A stretch of DNA of 64,000 nt from Octopus sinensis (taxonomy: Eukaryota), in the NCBI RefSeq assembly GCF_006345805.1, contig NC_042999.1, positions 163,928,001 to 163,992,000 of the forward strand, given 5' to 3'. Positions 26,315 through 40,058 of this stretch are shown piece after piece. Under the pieces are notes generated by a model that saw only the letters and a list, made by a program, of their open reading frames with translations, was not told the origin of the DNA and ran no database searches. Position 1 is the first letter of the stretch. Every line of letters begins with the position of its first letter. The translations under genes and the position numbers were made by a program.

Positions 26315-26674
26315 ACGACTTCTTTCACTTTGTCTACCAAATCCACTCACGAGGCCCGAAGCTATGGTAGATGACACTTGCCCAAGGTTCCATGCAATGG
26401 GACTGAACCCGGAACCATGTGGTCGGGAAACAAGCTTCTTACCAGACAGCCACGCCGGCACCCACACACACAAAAACACACTCACACACACATATAATCC
26501 TGTATATTTTCCCATTTTGATGGGCGCATGCATGGCTGAGTGACAAGAAGTTTGCTTCTCAACAACAGGGCTCCAAGTTCAGTTCCACTGCGTAGCACCT
26601 TGGGCATATGTCTTCTTCTATAGCCTCAGGTCCTTGGGAGTGAATTTGGTACATGGAAACTGAAAGCAGCCCGT
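26315..26674. mobile_element. Two head-to-head copies of tRNA-derived SINE family 2 (CORE-like ACCTTGGGCA motif): 26315-26456 (-) and 26523-26674 (+)
   Basis: tRNA-like head (TGGCTG.GTG..AAGAAG..GTTCAGT.CC) followed by CACCTTGGGCA. Further copies are at 30954-31088, 37921-38045, 47722-47870 and 49640-49722. Confidence 0.8.
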
Positions 26675-26676
26675 TA

Positions 26677-26707
<31 letters not shown>

Positions 26708-26720
26708 GTGTGTGTGTGTG

Positions 26721-26791
<71 letters not shown>

Positions 26792-26835
26792 CTATATATT
26801 ATATATATATATATGTATATATGTATGTATGTATG

Positions 26836-26886
<51 letters not shown>

Positions 26887-27211
26887 TAGAGAGATATGTG
26901 TCAACAACATGGTCATTTGTATTGCTGAATCACTGGCCGTGACTTCGAATATGTTGAAGTAGCTCCATTGTTTTTCTGGCCAATATAGAAAGTATTAATT
27001 TCCCCACAATTTCCATTAACTGTTATACATAACAAGTTTTTTTTTTCTGTAGGAAGGTATCTTACAAGAGACTAACAGTCTCTCTAGGTTAACATTTTCC
27101 TCTTATCTATATAACAATATAAAAACTTCTGTCAGCCAACTTTCCTGCCGATACGGCGCTAGTAATTTCCCATACTCACAAATACACATACAGGCACAGA
27201 CAGCTAGACAG

Positions 27212-27248
<37 letters not shown>

Positions 27249-27912
27249 GCTCATACTTCGAACAAACAAAACTAAAAAGAAAGATGGGGAGAGGTAAATA
27301 ATGGTTCCGTATTAAGGTAGATGACCGACAATTTTTAGAGAGCAGGAGATATTCAATACTTTCAGCTGCAGTACGTGACTGGTATTTAGTTTTATGACAT
27401 CTAGTATGCTGAAAAGCAATGGTGTCATCTGTGGGATTTGAACACAAGAATGTAACGAACCGGAAGTAATACCGCACGCCATTTTGTCCGACGCTCTAAC
27501 GATTCTGCTAAGACATAGACGATATCATGTGTTAGGTTCAATTTCCCAAGGGGAAAGTAGTTTTCAGTTGAAAGTGTTTTAGCTATTTCTCTTTAGTATA
27601 TAATCCCAAAGTGATTACTACGTCAAATTGGCGCTATTATTTAGAAACAATGCATTTTATATTCCATTATCTATGATGTAAACATTTATTAAGCAGAGTT
27701 TGTTAAGAGAGTACATCTCTGAATACACTTTATAATGTAAAAATGGACATAAATGGATAGGAAGCAAATAGAACGGAAATATATGTATCAGTGCTCCTTT
27801 TTCTCTCACACACACTATTATTTACCTGTTTCTTTTCGTTCAATTCTTATTCTCTTTTCTTCCATCTTTTCTCTATATTAACAAAACAAATGCATATATA
27901 TGAATATCTATA

Positions 27913-28032
<120 letters not shown>

Positions 28033-28335
28033 CATGCACCAAGTACAGGACATCAACGAGTACAAAATGCGTAAACACATGAGAGACAAGTACGGGACAA
28101 ATTAGCAAAAGAAGTCTAACCCCACCTCAGTTTCAACCGTTAATTACTACCTATTTCGAACTTTCAACGACAAAATAGGAAAACTTCCTAAACAGCAGCT
28201 TCCAGAAATTTTAAAAATATAAAATTTCCGGAGAGTTAGAACTTCGAACGAACAAACAACGACAGAGTGGACGTACAGAGTAAACAATGGACAAAGACAA
28301 ACATTTAGGCCGTTACATGTATATATATTTATATA

Positions 28336-28381
<46 letters not shown>

Positions 28382-28407
28382 CACACACACACACAGAGAC
28401 GGGGGGG

Positions 28408-28687
28408 TTATAATTATAAATAAAAATATATAACCATAGTGAAACCTACTTGGAAAAAGTACTAGAAGTCAAAAAGATTCACCAATTTCACTTTTTTGCA
28501 CACGTGAATGCGAGGAAAATGAACCAAAATACTAGGCTAAAATGTATTTTGCTCATTTCCCTCGCATTCACTTGTGCAAAAGAATGAAATAGGGGGTTCA
28601 GAGTTTTTTTTACTTCTATTTCTAGCATGTTGGTACTTTTTCCAAGTACCCTTCATTATGATTATATATTTTTATATATAATTATAA
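28408..28687. repeat. Fold-back element with short loop
   Basis: TGCACACGTGAATGCGAGG.AAATGA.C.AAAATAC mirrored by GTATTTT.G.TCATTT.CCTCGCATTCAC.TGTGCA, with outer arms TTATAATTATA..TACTTGGAAAAAGTAC. Confidence 0.8.
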
Positions 28688-28906
28688 ATTTTTGCCTCTA
28701 TAGATTTTACTTGCATGCTGGTCACTGATATTGTTGTTATTTTATAATAATAATTTTATCCTTTTCTATAAATATATTTGTATGTATTATATATATATAT
28801 AACAGGTCTGTTTATATGCAAGTATATATGTATATAGGTTAATGAAAAGATATCGTGAAACTAGAAGTTACTTTTTATTCATTTGTAAGCACGCACGCAT
28901 ACACAC

Positions 28907-28957
<51 letters not shown>

Positions 28958-28961
28958 ACAC

Positions 28962-28997
<36 letters not shown>

Positions 28998-29011
28998 CAA
29001 TCATATTCATA

Positions 29012-29214
29012 CGAGCGGGTGCTGAAAAGTACCTGGCTTTGAAGGTGTCGTGGAAGGCCTGGGTAGAGGCAGAACCTTCCGAGTTCTTTTACAGGGCTTA
29101 GAAAAACTGAAGGACCTCTGAATCTGAGAGGGGAATACGTTGAATAAAATCATAATTAACTGATCCTCTTATATTTTCTTTTACTCAAAGCGAAAAACTT
29201 TTCATCACACCTCG
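29012..29214 (+). mobile_element. mariner-derived MITE
   Basis: TIRs CGAGCGGGTGCTGAAAAGT / ACTTTTCATCACACCTCG, TA on both sides, and a residual transposase C-terminus (..RGEYVE*). Confidence 0.8.
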
Positions 29215-29234
29215 TATATATACATACACATATA

Positions 29235-29783
29235 TGGCGCGCAGACTATAGAGGAAGCGCGCAATCAACTTCAAAATCTCCTCTTCTATCACTTCCTCCC
29301 TTCCGACCCCACCTCCTCCTACCAACAGCACGTGTCCTCACCATTCATGACCTCATCTCCTGTTCTGCTCCCCCCCCACCAACCTCATGACCCAAACACC
29401 CCGTACCTCCACCATCTATTTGCTTCTCAAAATATATAAGCCCAACAACCGAACTCATTTCCAAATACCTTGACCGCATCCTGTCCCCTTTAGTTGCTGC
29501 CCTCCCATCCTACATACACGACACTCATCACACCCTTCGCCTCTTCAATTCCTTTTCCTTCCCTCCTGGTCCCTCACACCTCCTCTTCACCTTGGACATC
29601 AAATCCCTCTATACGGTGATTCCCCACAACGACTGTCCAATACTTTTCGACCGTCACCCTAACCCCACACCCAGCACCTCCACCCTTCTTCGTCTGGCAG
29701 AGCTTTCCTAACCCTCAACAGCTTTTACGTTCACCGGGGAAACCTACCAACAGGTGTCTGGGGTCGCGATGGGAACGAGAATG
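29235..29783 (+). pseudogene. Fragment of a fourth PLE reverse transcriptase (C-rich type)
   Basis: WRAD..EEARNQL, LPSDPT, IYLLLKIYKP, TELISKYLD.IL.PLV..LPSYI.DT, LFTLDIKSLYTVIPH and FTGETYQQVSGVAMGTRM across frameshifts and an internal deletion. Confidence 0.85.
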
Positions 29784-29789
29784 TATTCG

Positions 29790-30510
29790 AAGGGACACAT
29801 TTTCTCCCCACGAGCACCAGGTCTGGAAGCGCTTCTATGTCTTCCGGGCCCCTTGGATGATTGCTGAAATGCTCTGTTCCACCCAGTTTTGTGGGGCAGA
29901 GTATGTAATTTGTAAGAATTTCATTTTACTGCTCTGTTGAATAACAAAGCAGCCATCACATCCCTCGAGTCTATTTCAGGCAGCACTTCTGTCACCTTTA
30001 TACGAAAGTGTACCTCCCCATGTACGTTGGCAGAAGTACCACGTCCTTTGTTTTCAAGGGGCTCACCGAGTATCCCTGGGCCATTTCCTCCGTTTTAAAT
30101 CTGACCTCTACGGTTGCATATGTCTTGCCTCTGACGATATGGGTAATATCCTTCCACATAGGGGCAAGGCATTTTTCTATTTTTTACCTTTTTGAAGTGT
30201 TTAAAGCGTTTACTTTCTATGCAATACGCTTTAAACAGCACCGTTTTTCTTTCCGTTTCGATGTTATTTTAATATCCCCATCCTCCCCCTTCATTCTCTT
30301 GAAATATTCGTTCAATTTTTCTTGCGAAATTTCAATTGACTCTGTCGCCACTACGGCGACAACAGAAAACTTCTCCCCTTCGGCGCAAATTGTTCCCTCC
30401 TCCAACGTACCTCATTCTTTAATAATTTCGATCGACATACTTCGGCCGAAATTAATTAGTACTAAAAAATTGAATTCCTCTATCGAGGACAATGTTCAAA
30501 AAGAATGTTT
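29790..30510 (-). pseudogene. Decayed non-LTR retrotransposon ORF1-like fragment
   Basis: Minus-strand peptide ..RGKTYATVEVRFKTEEMA..PLKT..LLPTYMG.. and ..LPDLVLVGRKC; resemblance is from memory only. Confidence 0.4.
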
Positions 30511-32106
30511 TCCTTTGTGAAAGACAGTGGTTCAAACCCTTCCCTCACTGGGGAGGGGTGTAGAAATAAGCCTACAACGGCCCAAAACTTGTTCAGATAA
30601 TAGAAATATAATAATTTCCTAAACGGAAACCTACAAAAGGTAAAGTTAGTAGTTCAAATTCTGCCCACCCCTCTTGGGGGATGTAGCAAAACAAAAGCCT
30701 ACGACGGCTTGAAAAAGTTTCTTGTACAAAAATAAATACCTTACCATCACGACGGGGAAGCGTAAAACAGTTCAACACGTAAATCCACCAGAAATACAAG
30801 CGATAATCTAACAAAGACGGCACAGTTGAAATCCAATACAAGACAACACGAATACAGCACAAAGATAACACTCGTCTCGCTAGCAGCACGGCAAACTCCG
30901 AAATGACTGAAGCGGAAGTTGGTCCCTTAGGGAAGCAAGCTATTTACTACACGACGGGCTTCTTTCAGTTTCTGTGTACCAATTCCACTCACAAGGCTTT
31001 GGTCGACCCGAGGCTATAGTAGGAGACATTTGCCCAAGGTGTCACGCAGTAGGACTGCGTTTGGAAAGCAAGCTTCTTACAACACACTCACGCCTACTGA
31101 TATTTATATTTTTGATATTTGAAACCGAAACATCAAAAATCACAACTTCCATTATCACATTACCTACGTTCAGATCTCCGCTATATTTAGTAGACTGATC
31201 AAAAAACGTATTCAGAAGACTCAAAAAATTATTAAAGAATCTCTTTGCTCAAAAATATACAACGGCTTTCAAAAGAAATAATAGAAAAGACTGACACAAT
31301 GACGAAATGAAAAGAATAAATAGCAGGATATACAACAGAATATAATGAAATGAAATAAAACGAAAGAAGGACAAAATAAGAATAAATGAGTTAGCCATCG
31401 ATAATAGAAACGATGAGAGTTTAAGGACATAGTAATGACTACATAGATGGTTAATAGACAGCGTGGAGCTATTATGTCTTGTAGTTATGTAACTAACGTT
31501 GCATAGAACCATTTCTTAAAGTAATTCATATCTATAAAAATACACTAGTCAATAAACAAACGTAAGCCATATTATAGCATAGCCTTTGGTAAATGAAATA
31601 ATAAAAAAATAAACCCTTTCAATACAGGATTACATCCCATGAAATTAGTTGTTGATTAATTAAAGTGATAAAGTATGACTGCAAGAATGTAAAATACATA
31701 CTATTTGGCTTTCAACTACGATTAACATTTCTGCGTGTATGCAAAAACCTATATTCCTTCACACGCACACACTCTCTCTCTCACACACACAGACGCTCAC
31801 AAACACACTCCCACACTCAGAGACGCTCACAAACACACTCTCACACACAAACATGTGCGCGCGTATATATGCACATATGAGATAATATACTGTCAGAATG
31901 GTTCATCACAATCATTTCAAAATAGTTTGTTATTCATAGATTCGATCAACAGTTTGTTGCCAGGACAGTCTTCCATTATACATGCATACACGCATATATA
32001 CACACACATACATACATACATACGCACACAAACATATATATACATACATACATGCATACACATACACACACATATATGTACACACATATGTATATACATG
32101 TACACT

Positions 32107-32157
<51 letters not shown>

Positions 32158-32280
32158 ATATACATGCGTATACATATGTTTATATATGTGTGTGTATATG
32201 TGTGCATGTATATATACATACATATCTATCTCTCTATGTCTCTCTCTGTGTATATATATATATATATTATATATATATAT

Positions 32281-32640
32281 TCTATATATAAAACTGAAAT
32301 GCGTTTTTACCGCTTGGATCGCTTTCAATGCCACTACATCCCGTCCGATTCGCTCCAAAATTTACAGGGACATGTAGAATGAGGTGACGATGCTCGTGGG
32401 CTACCTTAGAAATCCATATCTTAAAAGGTGTGGTTGCTAGGGGCCATCTTCCTCACTCACCCCATTTCCTCCTTTCCCTCTCTTACTCCTCTTCATAACT
32501 TTCAGAAGTCCACTACGGTTATTTAAAGTATCTGTCACTATCGCTATTTCCTTTCTTTTTCACTGACTCTGTTTCCTACCTTCCTATCACTTCGGCGACG
32601 TTCTTTTAAGTATATGTCTGTCACCAACAAACAACACACG
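32281..32640 (+). mobile_element. Helitron-like 5' end (TCTATATATAAAA...), truncated
   Basis: TC-TATATATAAAACTGAAATG..CCGATTCGCTCCAAAATTTAC; no matching 3' CTAG hairpin seen. Confidence 0.45.
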
Positions 32641-32980
32641 AGCATGAGAACAAATATTATGAATCAGATATTCTTGCGTTCATTTATATGTGTGTGTGTG
32701 TGTGTGTTCTATATATAAATATGTATATATAATGTATGTGTGTGTGTGTGTGTGTTCTATATATATAAATATGTATATATAATGTATGTGTGTGTGTGTG
32801 TTCTATATATAAATATGTATATATAATGTATATATACAAAGTGTATATATCTGTATTTATGTATATTAAACTTTTTCATACTTTTTCATAGTTATATATA
32901 TTTTTAAACAAATTATAAATATAATTTAATAATTTTTATTTTCAATTTAAATAATTTAAAGTTTTCAATTTTATATTTTA

Positions 32981-34027
32981 CTAGCAGTATCGCCCGGCGT
33001 TGCTCGGGTTTGTAAGGGAAATAACTATATAAGCATTTTTAGTGAGTTATAGCAAAAAATGCATTAAAAATGGAATAAAAAATGATAGTAATTTTTTTTT
33101 TAATCGTTGACTCATCGTAGACATTTTTAGAGAGTTACTTCCCTTATATAATAGCGAAAAATGCATTAAAATGGAATAAAAAATGATGGTAATTTTTTTT
33201 TAATCGTTGACTCATCGTAGACATTTTTAGAGAGTTACTTCCCTTATATAATAGCGAAAAATGCATTAAAATGGAATAAATAATGGTAATTTTTTTTTAA
33301 TCGTTGACTCATCGTAGACATTTTTAGAGAGTTACTTCCCTTATATAATAGCGAAAAATGCATTAAAATGGAATAAAAAATGATGGTAATTTTTTTTTTT
33401 AATCGTAGACTCATCGTAGACGCGCGCTAATACCCAGAAGGGCTCGATATGAATCACGACTATAAGATACCCGGTTTTGGTTACACTGCACCGCAAAATG
33501 TGGGAGTAGTTAGGAATCTAAATCGTAGGAGACAGACACACAACTTTACTTTTATATATAAAGATTTGTGCAACAACTAAAACATTCGGTTGTGCAAATT
33601 GTTTGCACAGGAAACCTGCCCTGTGTGGCGGTTTTTGCCGTTTTTGTGGATCTGTTTCAGCTTTTTTAGCTGGTCTCCTTCACAACGCATTACGACGTTG
33701 ATTTCCTTACACTCCCTTCCCCACAGCTTCACGAGGGAGGGAAGAAGAGGGAGAAGCAAACAGGTGCAGGTGTGACCATGGACGCCAACTCCGCCGCCAT
33801 CGACACACGAAAAAATATGCATTAAAATGGAATAAAAAATGATGTTAAATTATTTTTTAAATCGTACACTCATCGTAGACGCGCGCTAATACCCAGACGG
33901 GCTCGATATGAATCACGACTATAAGATACCCGAATTTGGCTAAACTGCACCGCAAAATGTGGGAGTAGTTAGGAATCTAAATCGAAGGGGACAGACACTC
34001 ACACAACTACAGTTTTATATATATAGA
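32981..34027 (-). mobile_element. Non-autonomous Helitron with two 5' termini (33564, 34027) and an internal ~100-bp tandem repeat (33051-33420, ~3.6 units)
   Basis: Minus strand reads A|TC(T)TATATATA..AAA at both 5' ends. The 3' end is CCCGAGCAACGCCGGG..CTAG|T. Confidence 0.85.
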
Positions 34028-35023
34028 TATATTTTCTATGTTATATTTTCTTTTTTTATGTTTTTGTTTTTGGTTTTTCACTGTTTGATTTGCCTATTAG
34101 TGGTTTTATCTCTAATTTAATTTATACAGATATATATCTCATTTGTATACATTTGTATATATAATGTGCGCACACACACACACATATATATATATACATA
34201 TATATATATATAATGTGTGCATTACGTAGTCGGTCGATTCAGCTGAAAATATGCACACCTATGTTAAAGGTGCTGAAAAGTTTGCATGACAACTATTTTG
34301 TTCCTCAAATGAAAGGCGTCACCTCTACGACAAAATTCCTCATCTTATAAAATGTGGCCCCAGTAGACCCAAATGAAATCGGGTTATATTAACCAAAATG
34401 TGAAAAGGGGTCTAAATGGGGCTGGAAGGGGATTAAAATTTCAAGGAGCGGGTGTTTAGGAATTCTCTGTTACATCAAACTAAAAAATTTGCGCCAGCCT
34501 TTTAATCGTCAATGTGTTGCCGTCCATGATAAAGAAGTTTTGAATGCTTGCCATGGTGAGTCTACTGTCGTGAGAAAGAATCACTTCAAAACTTGGTGTT
34601 TACGAATTCCCTTTTACATCAAGTTCAAAATTTTACGCCAGCCGTTAAACTGTCACAACGTTGCTGTCCGTCGTTAACAAATGCCAGCCATGGTGACTCT
34701 ACTATCCTCAGATTCTACCCCTTCAAACTTTGGTTTCCAATATTTTATTATTTTTATTCAGCTCGCAAGTTCGTCTGTCCCTTTTAAATGTTAGCGTTTT
34801 GCTGTCTGCCTTGAAGCAGACCTTTCCATTGCCACTGCCTCATATTTCTGATTGATCTTTCTAAATATTTTATTTCTCAACTTACTCAAGATCTTCTGTT
34901 GTTTATAAATGGGAGAGAGATAGATAAAGATAGAGTAAGAGAAAGCGAGGGAGAGTCCGAGAGAAAAGAAAAGCAAGAGAGTGGGAAAGTGAGAGAGAAA
35001 GGAGAGAGAAACAAATACGGAGA

Positions 35024-35335
35024 ATCATCATCATCATCATCGTTTAACGTCCGTTTTCCGTGCTAGCACGGGTTGGGCAGTGTGACTGGGGTCTCAGAAG
35101 CCAGGAGGCTGCACCAGGCTCCAGTCTGATCTGGCAGTGTTTCTACAGGTGGATGACCTTCCTAACGCCAACCACTCTGTGAGTGTAGTGAGTGCTTTTT
35201 TCGTGCCGCCGGCACTGGTGCCAGTGGGGCTCGCAGTGGCAACGATCGGTTGGTGCTTTTTACGTGCCAGCGGCACAGAAGCAAGTCAAGGCGGTGCTGC
35301 AATCGGCCACGTTCGGATGGTGCTTTTTACGTGCT
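35024..35335 (-). mobile_element. SINE-like repeat with an RTE-type 3' end and (GAT)n tail
   Basis: CATCATCATCGTTTAACGTCCG..GGATG.CCTTCCTAACGCCAACC; internal GTGCTTTTACGTG repeats. Confidence 0.65.
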
Positions 35336-36199
35336 GAAAGGAGGCAACAGAAAGTAACACCCACACTCTTAACCGCGCGTAGAGCGGGTCACCTTCAGCT
35401 AGTATATATATATATATATACACATACTAATACTTATAAACATGCAGAAATGCATACATGAATACATATAAGTACCTGTATATAAGCGTAACTACATACA
35501 TGTGTGTGTGTGTGTGTGTTGTGTGTGTGCGTACATGCTTACGTATGTATCTTCGTCTTGGTGAATTAACTACTGTAATGCACTATGTTGGAGATATTAA
35601 CGTAGTTAAGAAAGGCAAAAAGATCAAAATAAGTGCTATCATTGATTAGAAAATAGAAAAAAAAAAGGATCGTTGCCCTACGGAAAAATAGCCATGTAGT
35701 GTTGCTTATTACATAGAACAAACAAATAACTAGATTCCTCTTTGGTGCAGAAAAAAGAACACTTGAATACAAATTAATCACTCTCAAACAGGGATTAAGA
35801 GCTATCAGGGAAAAAACCCTCTGGTATCTAAAGAGAGTAGTTAAAAGAAAAATAATTAACAAGTCATTTCATCGAAACCAATCAACAATTTATAGAGATA
35901 CAATGAGAAAATCAATAAATTTCACAGAATCTCCTTATTAGGGTGATATAGAGTCATTTTGAAAAAAATCTGAGTAAGGAAAATTATTTTAATCAGGATG
36001 TAGCGTGGCTAAATGAAATTTGAAAGAAGTATTGTCCTTAGATTACACGGAAAACATAACAGCATTAAAATGATACACTTAAGATCTTCATTTAAAGTCT
36101 TCAGAATAGCCAAGTATCAAAAAGAAATTTGATTGTCGGTGCAGTAAAAAATAAAACAACCTCCCGCAAGAAAGCAAAAAAAAAAAAGAAAACAAAAGC

Positions 36200-36860
36200 A
36201 AGGAAATAGTAAGGAAAAGACGAACCTATTATCAGAGGCTATCTATAGACCTTTCCTAGTAAGCTCTTACTGGACATATAAACGTACCAGGCTGGTATGT
36301 TGACCCAATTGGTAACAATGCCCATCACTTGGAGAAAAAACTACTATTCAGTTGCATGTCAGAATCCAATGTATGCAATGTACTCTGCTTGTTTGTATCT
36401 ATCTCGCCAAGATTGCCGTGTAAATAATAATATCATTACGGCTCATTAGAAGATTCTGATAAAAGAATTCGTAACCGCCAATGTGTTTGCTCTAGCAGAA
36501 TTCAAAGGTGCATTTAGACCGCCTGATTGGACCGCAGAAGGAATCCGAGCTATTGATCTTAAAATCTGAAAACTTTCAACCTACACCAGTAATCAACATC
36601 AACTGCAATATAGACGGCTTCTGTTTAAAAGAAAAACAATGCGGCAGCCTTTGAATGTTGCATTTTATCCGTTCGACAGCATCCACTAACCTGCACGTAT
36701 CGAAGTGCATCCGTGAATGAAACATGTATACATGAGGCAGAAAACATAAAGAGAACTGGAAAGTTGTTGCTCAAATAGCATTCCAGAGATACATAGTCAG
36801 TGAAGTTTCACACCGTTTCCAAACAGCTTAGAAGAAGAAAAGTTGTACGCTTAACCAGGA
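36200..36860 (+). pseudogene. Highly decayed LINE (RTE-like) RT fragment
   Basis: Residual motifs EFKGAFRP..TAE.I.A (cf. Q.GFRP.RST..QI.AL) and FDSIH (cf. KAFDSIHR). Confidence 0.35.
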
Positions 36861-37344
36861 AATACTTGATGAACAGAAGTGATAAGTATGCAGGTGGCCA
36901 AAACATACGAAGTAATCTGTGAGAAGGATAATCCTCAGAATACAAATCGTAGAACTAATTGTAATGTAAAGGTCATAATGAATCATAATATGGGAGAATA
37001 CTGGTGGAATGTTCCTGTTAAGACCTCAGTAAGATACATGTATAACAGACCACATGTCATAATTTGCGACGAGAAAAGAAGTAAGCCTAATAAAGGAAAA
37101 ATATTGCGCAGCAGATTTTATTATAATCTTTTATCTTTTATTTGTTTCAGTCATTAGACTGCGGTCATGTTGGGGCACCATTTTGAAAAATTTGAGGTCG
37201 AATGAATCGACTCCAGTACTTATTTTTTATTTGCCGAACCGCTAATGTAGTGGGGATGTAAACACACCTACACCGGTTGTTAAACAGTGGCGAAGGACAA
37301 CCATAAACACAAAGACACACACAAATATATATATATATGTGATA

Positions 37345-37760
37345 TATTATCAATAATAATAAAGGGTAAAATTAATTAATTAATTAATTAGTAATTAATA
37401 ATTCCCCCAAGTAGTATTCGGCATGTTAAAAGGACCATTTTCGTTAAATTTAAACAATATATTTTTATATTTTTTAATAATTATGAGTATAACTATAATT
37501 AGGGTTCAGCAAAATTTGCTTCGCCACATACCGAACTTTAGAAATAGCAACCAAAGATCTTAGCTATTTCTTCTACTATAAGAAGAAACTCCCAGACAAC
37601 ATATACTCAAAACAATTCACGTAGGTATAGAGGAAAAACCAACGAAAATTCACTCGGCATTTGATTACCTGTGGACGCGTTTCTGAGTTAGATAGATATG
37701 AAAATGCAAAAATCATACCTTCATTCTATCATTCTCTTCATCAGCACAAGATTTCAAGAT
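37345..37760 (-). repeat. Dispersed pLTR-like repeat family (other copies 46955-47240, 48280-48385, 59280-59590)
   Basis: Shared TAATAAAGGGTAAAATTAATT..CCAAGTAG..TTAGAAATAGCAG.CAAAGA.T.TAGCTATTTC; carries the hammerhead at 37668. Confidence 0.8.
37668..37750 (-). ncRNA. Type-I hammerhead, canonical core, GUC cleavage triplet
   Basis: CUUGUG-CUGAUGA-A-GAG[..GAUAGA..UCUAUC..]CUC-A-GAAA-CGCG-UC-CACAGG. Stem I is 6 bp, stem III is the palindrome ACGCGU, and the predicted cut is 3' of the C at 37674. Confidence 0.75.
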
Positions 37761-38797
37761 TTTAAATTTGAGAGCAATGAAAATATTGAACATACCTATC
37801 TGATTCAAGTAACATCAGACAAACTATATCCAATGACCAGTACCAACGAATTCAAAACATACGAATGAGGTCTCGTATTCTCCCTATACTCATAATTATA
37901 AATATATATATATATATAATTCTTTCAGTATCCGTCTACCAAATCCATTCACAAACATCCATGGCTATAGTACAAGAAACTTGTCCAATCTGCGCGCAGT
38001 AGGACTGAATCTGGAACCATATGCCTGGGAAGCAAGCTTCTTACCAAGCAATCAAGATTAGGTAAAAAGAAATTATCTCGCAGTAATGCGAAAAGCTCAG
38101 TTATTCCATTTGGGCCATAGCTTTTGATTTATAGCTAAGATAATTTACGCATGTAGTTACGTAACAAACTGTCTCAGCACCAAACTTGAGATAATGGTCT
38201 TCACAAAACCAGTAAAAACTTCTACAGGCCATTAAAGTTACACTGAAAATATGTAGAGCATTCCAGAAGTTTACCATGTAATAATTCCATATGCACATGT
38301 GTAGAATACAGACATACATAAGTTCACATACATAAGACAAGCAGACTTACATTAGTGCACATACATAAATTAAGGCATTGAAATCCGTATATGCAAAGGC
38401 ATTTATGCTTTCACAGATGAATATATGTGACACATGTTCATATACATATATTTATGATATTTATACATGTATATAAGAATGTACATACGTACATGCATAT
38501 ATACATAAGTGTTCACACGCGTACATGCATACATAACCCTATGGTATTGTTTAAATTTGAATGAAAGAGTCTCCTTTTGGGTTAGAAACGTGCTAGTTTT
38601 CCATTGGCGAGAAGTTCAAAAGATAGAACTAGAATACGCACGCGCATACACACACATACACACGTCCGCACACACACACACATACACACAAACACACTCA
38701 CACACACATACACACAAACACACAGGCACGGGTACATGTATCCCATACAGACACACAAATTCACATACATATACATGCATACATATAGGTATATCTG

Positions 38798-38840
<43 letters not shown>

Positions 38841-38955
38841 ATATATACGTTTAAATATTTGTTGTGCAAGATTTTTTATGTGAAGTCGTGTGTTGAAACA
38901 GATATTGTTATATTTCGGAATGTCATAAACTGGCAATATGACCATTCCGAAATAT

Positions 38956-39051
<96 letters not shown>

Positions 39052-39980
39052 CATATATATGTATACATACATATATACATATGTAAATATATAAACATAT
39101 GTATATATTCACGCACACGGAAATATGTAATACATGAATACATACATGCACACACACACACACAGACACGTATATAGATATATGACACCATATACATGCT
39201 ATGAAATTGCGTGTCTCAAGGGAACTTTATAATCGACACATCTCTTTGTCTCATTTTTAATATAGCTTCTGTAGTATTAAAACTATTTTAGTTGAAACAA
39301 TGCTTGCCTATATTGGTATTATTTCTCTTTGCAGGGCTAAATGGTGTGAAGGCTCCAACTGAACCGGATCTGTGAGACATGAAATGAGAGTCAAGCATTG
39401 TTGGAAACAAAGCAGTTTCATAGCAACCATCACCACAGACTGTCATAATGAACAAAAGGGCTTCTTCCTACCTAGACGCAATCTTTTCTCATTTGAAGGA
39501 GAGACGAAATAAAATGTGTAATTACAGTGAGATAGAATAATTTCAAGTGCTTCTATGTTCACACTTTAATTGAAAATCTAAAACAGAAAAGCTTAAAGAG
39601 ACAAAATGTTATCCAGGCGTGACATTGCGTATCTTGAAGGAACATCATGATTCCTTTTACTCTTGGAAATGTAATTGATATTATGAGTGCAAATCAACTA
39701 AAATCTGTACTTAGCAATTTTTTTTATCACTTTGTTATTTCAAGTTAATGAAGTTGGTTACAGCATAACTATAATATCGTGGTGTTGAAAAAGAGAATAC
39801 CAAAAAACTGTGAATTTACACACACACACACAAATATATTCATAATTGGATCGCTCTCTAAAATGATAATATCTTTTAGGCGTTTCTCAATGTACATGAT
39901 GAATATAACTTAAATATTACTTGTCAGAAGAATTTACTTATCTGAATGGTAACGCTCAATTGAATGTACGAGTAATAAAA

Positions 39981-40058
<78 letters not shown>

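Noticed and set aside
33051-33420. CRISPR-like array
   Set aside because: The units are tandem near-identical ~100-bp repeats without unique spacers, inside a eukaryotic Helitron.
39323-39520. Strong-looking acceptor (TTTCTCTTTGCAG) as an upstream exon of the host gene
   Set aside because: No clear donor and no frame linking to the 40.6-kb exon; unsupported without RNA data.
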